Shown here piece after piece: positions 8,859-17,100 of a stretch of DNA of 64,000 nucleotides; within the stretch, counting starts at the first letter, position 1, and every line of letters starts with the position of its first letter. The stretch is from positions 10,666,001 to 10,730,000 of the forward strand of contig OZ076409.1 of assembly GCA_964187785.1 (NCBI GenBank), read 5' to 3'. The DNA is from Amphiscolops sp. MND2022 (taxonomy: Eukaryota). Both the position numbers and the translations under genes were made by a program. The notes beneath the pieces were generated by a model, which searched no databases, was not told the origin of the DNA, and saw only the letters and a program-made list of their open reading frames with translations.

Positions 8859-11800
8859 TTACGGAAAGCTAGCGACGCTTGCAATAGATACGTAAACGCG
8901 ATCGTGAAGAACGACGGTCAGGGGGGTGTCGGCGAATACGTCCATCAAACAGGTATAAAAATCAAAAAGATTACGTATTGGGCGTTCAGGATCAATGATG
9001 GCAAAGTGTACTTCCATCGCCTCCAAACGCTCGAGTAACATTTTTAAAAGATCAAGACATCCAAAGAGAATATCAGCGAGCATAGGGCAGCGAGGTGTAG
9101 CTCGTGTGATTAAAAGGTGGATAGTTTGAGGATGGCCGTCTATCAAAGATGTGGGTAGCGTTACAATATTGCCAACCTCCGGTCGAAGTTGAAAGATTGC
9201 ATCTGCACCATGCTCACGAATGACGTAACGAAGAGCGGCGGAACTAGTTTCCAGATTTGCGGGACAACATAAAACGATATGATGGGGAGTCTGCAGGAAG
9301 TCCGTATTGGCATACTGCACATAGTCAACCAATTGAGGTCTCACGGCTCCATGGTACACTAACTCTCGTCCGGGGTCTTTGGAGAGAGCATCGTCACATG
9401 CATTCGGGAGGAGGCCCTTGATTGCGCCCAAGTCTTGCCACACAGATCGCGGCAATGATTGATTATCAATATTAGCCCTGGACCATGTATCCAGTGCGTG
9501 CAGGGCCGATTGGAGCGATACAGGACTAGGAAATGAGTGTGTCCATTCGTCCAGGAATCTGATTCGTGAAAAATTCGATAAAACTGCTATAATAAGTTCC
9601 AGCCACCATTCAAACTTAATTTTACCACGATATAGGTCTATGGTGTGGAAACAAGTGATTCTATCAGGAGAGGCCATCGTTCGCAAACTCTCCAGACAGG
9701 TGATCAAGTTAGTGGGATGAACCAGGTCGGATGTTTGTTTGGCCGTAACTAGTAGCCACCAGTTGCTTGTAGGCTGATAAACGTCTCCTGGTTTTGCGGT
9801 GACGTTGTATTTGTCATACAAGAGGTCAGCAGGAATACAGCGTATCATTTGGATAGGCTCTCGCTCATAGTTGAAAGGACCAAAAGCAATATTTGTAGGC
9901 AAAGGGGGAACAGTGATGGGTAAGGTGAATTCCAAACCAACAAGATCATAGGTCCACTCCTTGAACCTTGGGCACGGGGCCTTTGCTATCGTAGAATCTT
10001 TCATTTTGGATAGGATATAGTCCACGGGATATGGAGTGTCGCTGCGTTGTAGCCCAGTATAGGTTTTCTCGGCTCGAATAACCAAACGGTCAACCATTCC
10101 GCTCGGAAGCGATTTCTCCTGTTCACGTGCTAGCAGGACTCCCTGGGATTTGATTGGGAAGCCCGCGTGGACCATGTAGTTACATTCGCAGTTTCGTAGG
10201 CCACATGTTCCGCAACGATATCTGGGAGTACGATTGTGTCGCAGTCCATAACGAGCGTTGGTTGATTCTGGCGGTGCTGCTTGATCTGAGGTAACCGCCG
10301 CGCTAGGGGCAGAAGAGTCAGTGTCCATAGATGGAGTGCTACGAACACGGGCAGGAGTGTTAGGCCTGGCGTGTGTTATACGAGGAGGTCTTCCTCTGGG
10401 ACGCCCTCTTTTGCGAGCGCCTCTAATAGCACCTCTCCGTTGGTGACCACGTGGCAACGAGGCTCGCGGCCTCGCTCTGCCTGGCGGACGTCCCCGGGGT
10501 CCACGCCCTCTAGGAGCATTGGAGAGTTTCGTGGTAGTTGCTACATCGTTGTTGGTGGGAACTGTCGCAGGGGGAATTGATCCCTTTTCGTTATTGGTTG
10601 TTGGTGTTTCAGCACCGTTGTCCTCTAGGGTTGGGTTGAGAACATTGTCATCGATTAGGGGCCAAATGGGAAAGTTACTCAACATATCCGTAAGAGATGG
10701 ATTTGTCAATAATGGGGCGGATGTACCGGTCAAAGAGGTGGCGGCTCTTTTGGTGGGTATGTGGATAGTAGGATTCGGGGCGATGTCCAATGCGTCGGGT
10801 ACTGCTTCATTCTCTGAGAACAGAGCCTCCATTGCAGGTAGTGGTGATATTGGCATTTCGGGAATAGGCGCAGGTTCATCTACATGTGATGACAAGATAG
10901 CACTTTCATCAGGACTAGCCCGAACACTCGATAGGAGTACATCAGAACGTTCATCGTCAGACTCAGTCGAAGAGTAGCCAAATTGTTGATAATGTAGGCG
11001 GCTGCCACCTGCGCGCATGTGTGTGCGTAACCGTGTGTCCATCCAATGTCTTTGTCGAGAAGGCAAAGAGGCATTGCTGGCTTCTGAAATTGGTTCCTCT
11101 ACACGGTAAGAAGGTTGCGAAGCATCGTCTCTCACCTCCTCATGGGATTGTTCTGGATCAGGGTCCATGATAATAGCAACCTCGCCGTTATGCGCAGGAA
11201 CAGCTGCCCATTCTGTTGGACCACCATGATGCGGTTTCAATCGTTCGAAATGCACTTTCTGACCAGTGTCAAGTATGTAGACACGTCCCTCTTGTAGCAC
11301 TCGTGCTACCTTGTGAGGACCACGCCACGCTCTCATCAATTTAGGAGATCCCTTTTGAGGAATGTATCGGCAGAATACCCAAACAGGTTCGCCCACTTCG
11401 TAGGCTTTAGCACGAATTGCTCTGTCGTACTTCAATTTTTGTCGTTGCTGGGCTTGATGCGTGTTGCGACGGACTAAGTCATGAATCTCTTGTTGTCGAG
11501 CCAGCACATGTTCCACATAGGCTTCGTGTGATTCGAATGACTGAGTTGCAAATTCTGGATACAAGAAAGTCAGGGGTATAGCTTTTTCCATGCCTCTGGT
11601 CAGCATATACGGGGAGAATCCAGTAGTGGCATGACGTGTGGAGTTGTATGCACCCATAACTTCATCTAGGTACTGATCCCAGTCACGCATTCGTCTAGAG
11701 CAGAATACACGCAGTAGGGTGAGTAGCGTTCGGTTTTGTCGCTCTACCAACCCTTGAGTCCTGGGGTGGCCAGCAGTTGAGGTTACTTTGGTCACTTGGG

Positions 11801-13328
11801 CTGCTTTCATAAACTCAGCAGATACTGCCGCGGTGAAATTGGGAGCATTGTCTGACTGCATCCTCGTCGGTGTTCCATGGCGAGCAAACCACTTCTGCAA
11901 CAACAACTTTGAAGTGGTCGCTGCATCATACTCATCGTGGTTGCACGGCACAGCTTCTGCGAGCTTAGAGAAATGATCGATAATAACCAAGATCCCTGTG
12001 TTACCATTATCAGAGGGACAAATTTTCATGTGGTCATATTGGACTAGCTCGTTGAAGTAACCGCTTTGGATATTTTTCAAGTGGAAGCGTACATCACCAG
12101 GCTTGTCACGTACTTGTTGACAAGTGATACATTGGCTGACGTATTGTCCAATGGTGCGGCGGATGCCTGGCCAAGTGTGGCGCTCTTGAATTCTGGCCAA
12201 GACTTTTGCGATGCCCTGATGTCCCATCGCGTCGTGGGCCTTGAATAGTATCTCATGCTGATACAATTGTGGCATCACAATCATGCAGGGGCGTTCATGC
12301 AAAGCTCTTTGACTTTTGGAGTATTTTACACACAAAATCCCGTTGGCGTTTATCAGTAGAAGGTTCTTCTTCTGTTTGTGGTAGTTTTTGGCGAAGGCGC
12401 GTACATTTTCCGGAAAGACGTCATTATCTATTGATTCTTGCATTACCAATTTCTTGATAGCCAATATATGGACGTCACGGTTTTGTGCTAGTAGTAGATC
12501 CTTCAACCCATGGACTGTGTTAGCATGTTCATGCAGTTCCATTGATATGCTGTTTACCACAAACGCGGCTTGTTTTACGTGCTCTGGTGCAGTGCTAGTT
12601 GCTTGCTTTTCCGTCAATGGGTAAGTGGTTCTTGATGGTACGTTAGCAGCATGCGTGGGGAGTAAATAGTCTCGTTGATATTCCTCGGTCAGTTCCAACC
12701 AATCCTCAGGATATTCTGGATAAAGTTCGGCAGGCAGTGTCAATTCTGGTTTTGGCAATGTAGGTAGGGGCGCTCTCATGGCTTCGTCGCGTATGGTCGC
12801 ATTTCGTTTGCTTCGTCCGCTCCTTCGCGTGGGAACGGCAACTGTGGTTTCGGGTGAACTTTGGCTAGCCAACCTCTGCAAGTGTGCAGGCAATTCTGGG
12901 TGATTTGGTATCACACGTCCGTGGACATCGAACCATGGGGCTAGCGGGAGTTTGTTATATTCTTCCTGTGATAGGAAATCCCATTTGTCTGCAATTGCGG
13001 GTAAACCCTTTAGTTGCTTTTCGTGTTTTTTGTAATCATTTGTTCGTTTGCTAAGACCGTCAGCATTTCGATGTTGCGTTCTGGGTCGGTGCTCGATACT
13101 GAAGTGATATTTTTCAAGAGCCATAATCCATCGACCGATAATCGCCTGATCCATCGAATATGTTTTTAGCCAGGATAGGGCCTGATTATCTACCCTCAGT
13201 GTGAACTTTCGTGGACAGAGATAACTGTGGTTTTTCAAGATGAAATAGTATGCAGCATACATTTCCAATTTTGGGGCTCCATACTTTGCTTGCGTAGCAG
13301 TTAATTTTTTGCTTCCGAATACAATCGG
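8859..13328 (-). CDS. RNase H C-part, integrase and ~800-aa C-terminal extension (AT-hooks, Cys cluster, 2 macrodomain-like units)
   Basis: DNQAL, NADGLS; HDAMGHQG...CITC zinc finger; YDHM / SDNAPNF / GLVERQN DDE triad; WRGPHKV (GPY/F-like); RGRP repeats; TARG1-like segments at the C-terminus. Confidence 0.92.
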   Translation of the reverse strand, partial: PIVFGSKKLTATQAKYGAPKLEMYAAYYFILKNHSYLCPRKFTLRVDNQALSWLKTYSMDQAIIGRWIMALEKYHFSIEHRPRTQHRNADGLSKRTNDYKKHEKQLKGLPAIADKWDFLSQEEYNKLPLAPWFDVHGRVIPNHPELPAHLQRLASQSSPETTVAVPTRRSGRSKRNATIRDEAMRAPLPTLPKPELTLPAELYPEYPEDWLELTEEYQRDYLLPTHAANVPSRTTYPLTEKQATSTAPEHVKQAAFVVNSISMELHEHANTVHGLKDLLLAQNRDVHILAIKKLVMQESIDNDVFPENVRAFAKNYHKQKKNLLLINANGILCVKYSKSQRALHERPCMIVMPQLYQHEILFKAHDAMGHQGIAKVLARIQERHTWPGIRRTIGQYVSQCITCQQVRDKPGDVRFHLKNIQSGYFNELVQYDHMKICPSDNGNTGILVIIDHFSKLAEAVPCNHDEYDAATTSKLLLQKWFARHGTPTRMQSDNAPNFTAAVSAEFMKAAQVTKVTSTAGHPRTQGLVERQNRTLLTLLRVFCSRRMRDWDQYLDEVMGAYNSTRHATTGFSPYMLTRGMEKAIPLTFLYPEFATQSFESHEAYVEHVLARQQEIHDLVRRNTHQAQQRQKLKYDRAIRAKAYEVGEPVWVFCRYIPQKGSPKLMRAWRGPHKVARVLQEGRVYILDTGQKVHFERLKPHHGGPTEWAAVPAHNGEVAIIMDPDPEQSHEEVRDDASQPSYRVEEPISEASNASLPSRQRHWMDTRLRTHMRAGGSRLHYQQFGYSSTESDDERSDVLLSSVRASPDESAILSSHVDEPAPIPEMPISPLPAMEALFSENEAVPDALDIAPNPTIHIPTKRAATSLTGTSAPLLTNPSLTDMLSNFPIWPLIDDNVLNPTLEDNGAETPTTNNEKGSIPPATVPTNNDVATTTKLSNAPRGRGPRGRPPGRARPRASLPRGHQRRGAIRGARKRGRPRGRPPRITHARPNTPARVRSTPSMDTDSSAPSAAVTSDQAAPPESTNARYGLRHNRTPRYRCGTCGLRNCECNYMVHAGFPIKSQGVLLAREQEKSLPSGMVDRLVIRAEKTYTGLQRSDTPYPVDYILSKMKDSTIAKAPCPRFKEWTYDLVGLEFTLPITVPPLPTNIAFGPFNYEREPIQMIRCIPADLLYDKYNVTAKPGDVYQPTSNWWLLVTAKQTSDLVHPTNLITCLESLRTMASPDRITCFHTIDLYRGKIKFEWWLELIIAVLSNFSRIRFLDEWTHSFPSPVSLQSALHALDTWSRANIDNQSLPRSVWQDLGAIKGLLPNACDDALSKDPGRELVYHGAVRPQLVDYVQYANTDFLQTPHHIVLCCPANLETSSAALRYVIREHGADAIFQLRPEVGNIVTLPTSLIDGHPQTIHLLITRATPRCPMLADILFGCLDLLKMLLERLEAMEVHFAIIDPERPIRNLFDFYTCLMDVFADTPLTVVLHDRVYVSIASVASFP

Positions 13329-14105
13329 TCACAGTTTGCGACTCTCAGGTGGTCCTTGCCATTGGTGCAGAATACCCGATATAGCTACACCACTAGCATC
13401 TGTGTCGAGAACAAATTCGCCTTCAGTGTCAGGTTGCGCCAGAGCAGTGGCTTCCATTAGTGCCACTTTGATGCTGTTGAAGGCTCGCTGCTGCTCCTCC
13501 CCCCATAAAAATGAAGAGGCTCCTCCCGTCATCGCGTGTAAAGGGGCAACTAGTTTTGCATGCCACGGGATAAAATCCCGATAGTAGTTGGCAAAACCCA
13601 AGAAACTCTGCAATTCAGTCTTGGTTCGCGGGATATCCCATTCTTTCAGTTTGGTGACAGCTTTTGGATCTGGCTTGATACCATCTGCGGATACTACCCG
13701 GCCCAAATATTTGATCTCCGATTTCATGAAGTCACACTTGGAGACTCTCATTTTGAACCCGGCCTCACGCAGGCATTGGAATACTTCGCGTAGTCTATCC
13801 ATGTGATCCTCGATGGTCTCGGTAGCAATCACAATGTCATCGATGTAGGCCATAACCATACTTCCTTCACGGTTCACTATTCTTTGTAGCGCTCGCGCTA
13901 TTGCCCGTTGAAATGTTGCTGATGCGTTACACATACCAAAAGGCATACGCCGCCACTCAAATAACCCAAGTTCACAAGGGAAGGCAGTCTTTTGACGATC
14001 GGCTTTTCGGATAGGAATTTGCCAGAATGCCCACGCCAAGTCAATACTGGTATAGATTTTGGCTTTGCCCAATCGGGATAGACTCTCATCGATGCGTGGC
14101 AAGGG
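13329..14105 (-). CDS. Reverse transcriptase core and start of RNase H
   Basis: IDLAWAFWQI, MPFGMCNASATFQR, YIDD (13836-13847), YLG, FLGFANYYRDFI, LDTDASG. Confidence 0.95.
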   Translation of the reverse strand, partial: PLPRIDESLSRLGKAKIYTSIDLAWAFWQIPIRKADRQKTAFPCELGLFEWRRMPFGMCNASATFQRAIARALQRIVNREGSMVMAYIDDIVIATETIEDHMDRLREVFQCLREAGFKMRVSKCDFMKSEIKYLGRVVSADGIKPDPKAVTKLKEWDIPRTKTELQSFLGFANYYRDFIPWHAKLVAPLHAMTGGASSFLWGEEQQRAFNSIKVALMEATALAQPDTEGEFVLDTDASGVAISGILHQWQGPPESRKL

Positions 14106-17100
14106 CTAAGCGTCTTTGATAGTCACTTCATTAAGTGGCCGAAAATCACAACAGAATCGCAATTCACCACTCTTCTTTTTGACCATAACAATTCCACTCG
14201 CCCAAGGGGATAAGGAAGGTTGTATCATTCCCAAAGCTAGCAAGTCACGAACTTCTTGGTTAGCACGTTCTGCCTTGTCAGGCGACATTCGTCTTGCACC
14301 TTCGCGGTGGGGTACAGCCCCTGGCTCTACTTCCACCGAGTGCTTAGCGATTTTACACTTGCCAATGTCGGCTTTGAATTTCATAAACAAATCATCAAAT
14401 TCGTTCAAAAGTTTACTAAGCGTGTCGCTGGCGGTCGATCCCCACAAACCGCGTACCTCGTCGAGTTGTGCTTCCGGGCCCGGTATCGGAGCCATTAACG
14501 CCGGATCGGTTCGTTTTTTTACTTCGCGCTCGGACAAGCCTAGTTCTGACGGTTCGGTAGAGGACAAAAACTCAAATTCAGATGAAGAACTATATTCAGA
14601 AGAAGAATCAAGGTTCATCTGTTCGTAAACTTTACAAACATAATTTGCATTTGACTGCTGAGTTTCACTTGATTGTCCGGGGACAATTTGGGGGATGGCT
14701 TTATGAACCATCGTTACGGGTACCGCGGTTCCTAAAAGGGTGCCCTTTTTAATCCGCTGCACGTTGCTGGTAAGATTTCCTAAACTGACGTAAAGGAAGC
14801 CAGTCTCCCCCACGGTCGCCACGGTGTCCTCTAAAAAGATGGCATTTTTAAACATTCGGTTAGGTGTTAGAAAATTGATTAGCACGGTCCGAAACATGAA
14901 AGGTTCTAAGTTGTCTACAAGCAATTTAGCGCGTAGTATTGCGCGTTCAAAAGGTTGCAACACTACGTCCTGTGCAATCGCAACCGACGAATTGAGTGAT
15001 TCGTTACTTACTTGTGTGTGGACATGGTACCACACTGGTTCAGAGGGAGCTCGGACAATGACTTTCATCGCGGTTAAATCTACCAAGACTTGATAAGCTC
15101 TTAGGAAGTTTCTGCCCAGGAGGAAGTCTTCCACTCCCATAGCGTCATCGACTACCACGAAGTTAGTTTCCAATTCGTAGCCTCCCAATTGGAACTTGAC
15201 TTTCTCCGCTAGACCAAAAGTCTTAATCGTCTTTCCATTCGCGGCATATAAGTCAATACCATAAGGTCGTAAGAGTGTCCCAGTGCGCACAGCGACTCGA
15301 TTGTAGGCTGAGAAGGTGAGGATGGACACTCCTGATCCAGTGTCTATCAGACCACGTAATGGCACGGGAGCAGCATCGGGAACCACGAATGAAACTACGA
15401 GCGACGCACGCTCATCGATTCTCGCTTCACCAGTTGGTTCTTGAGCATCAATGTTATAGCAGCGCAGCTCCTGCGGTCCCAAGCAGATTCCAGGAGGAAA
15501 CGCGTCAGTAATGATAGTGGCACCAAAACGCATGTCATCACCATCTATGCAAACTTTGACTGGAATCGGAGAATAGGCATGATACGTCGAAGTGACACCT
15601 TTTACTTGCCATTCTTCCGGTTGGGGCAGGGTCAATTGTCGGCAATTCTCGTTTGCGGTTATCTCGTCTATCAGGGCGTCTATGGTGAGTTCTGGGCGGG
15701 TTTCTCTCTCAATCGCCAATAGTAATCGGACAGACATGATAGTGCGTCCCGAGGGATCAAAAGTAGTTGGCTCCGGGTTCGTCTGGATTTGGATTTTGCC
15801 ACATGTGACGGTAAGGGGTGTCGTCACGTGAGCGGCTTCAGCAGGGCGAAGCATGAGTACCATTTCGCTGTCACTCATTGTTTGAGAAGTAGATGGCTGT
15901 TCAGCCCAGAGGCTGTAGGCCAAATCCTCATGTACTGGAACATTTTGGCATTGTGATGCAGAGTGTTCGGTCATGCCACAATTTACACAGAATACGGGGC
16001 CAGAACATGCAGAGGCCACATTATTCTCGCATAAGTTTACTCGCTCTTCGGGTGCAGCGCGAGCCGCTGGTTTCCTTGCTAGGTCTCGACTTGGGCATTC
16101 TCTTGCGAAGTGACCTGGTAGTCCACAGTTGAAGCATGCTCCTTGGGGAATCACTCTCGCTGGTTGCTGTTGTGCAGGAGCCTGTTTTACCGATACAGGG
16201 CCTGGTGGAGCCATCTGGGGTTTAGTCTCTCGTTGTCCTTGGTTTGGAGGTAGTACGTTTTGCGGTAGGCCTGGTGCTGGATGAACCAATTTTCCTGGCA
16301 CGAAAGGGTGAGGCCTCGATCTCATTGCATACCTTGGGTCGTAAGGTTTTGATGTGTTTGGGCGATGCCGTTGCAATTGTCTCGTGGTGAACCTTAGGGA
16401 TTCTACAGTTGGTGGTTCGGTCAGATATGCCTCTGCAGCGTACACCACGGCCAACTCTTGTCGCAGCGTCGGGTCGTTAATGCCATCTATAAAACGTTGC
16501 AGGATCTCATAACGACGCGTAGTGATAGGCTCGTCTGGGAAACCTTGGGTGCGCAGACCTTCTAATGCGTCCAAGAATTGCATCCAATCCTCTTTTTCCT
16601 GTTGGACACGAGACATGAAGGTTTGCCTGACGTGCATGCGATTTCCACCGGTTCCAAATCTGCTGGCCAAGAGAGAGAATACCTTGTCGGGCTCGTCTCG
16701 TTCAGGTTCAGATTTGTTGATTATATAATTTCTTGCCTCTCCTTCCAGGTGATCGATGATAGCCCAGGCTCTGTCGATCTTTGGGGATTTTGCATGTACC
16801 CTTTCTAGAAATCGCTTCATCACTGGGAGCCATCCATCGACAGAACCATCTTTTGTGCCTTTGTATACCGTAGGGCGCACCCTAGTTTGATCTCGATTAG
16901 CAATCAGCGGCGCTAGTTCCTTGGACATGGCTTTGGATATTGCCTCGGTAAACCTAAGTTGCTCCGGTGATATAGGCGCTTCTTCACTGATGGCTGGTGG
17001 CGGGATACTGCTGCCTCGCGTTGAGTTGACAGAGTCATCGGTGTTCTCGGGGAGAGTCACTTCTCGACGTCGAGTGCTGCTGGCGCATGGGTTGCCCGGG

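Noticed and set aside
13329..14108. Alternative genetic code or programmed readthrough explaining the TAG and TGA in pol
   Set aside because: Only two stops in ~4700 element codons, each one substitution from the expected Tyr or Arg codon and inside RT/RH rather than at the gag-pol boundary.
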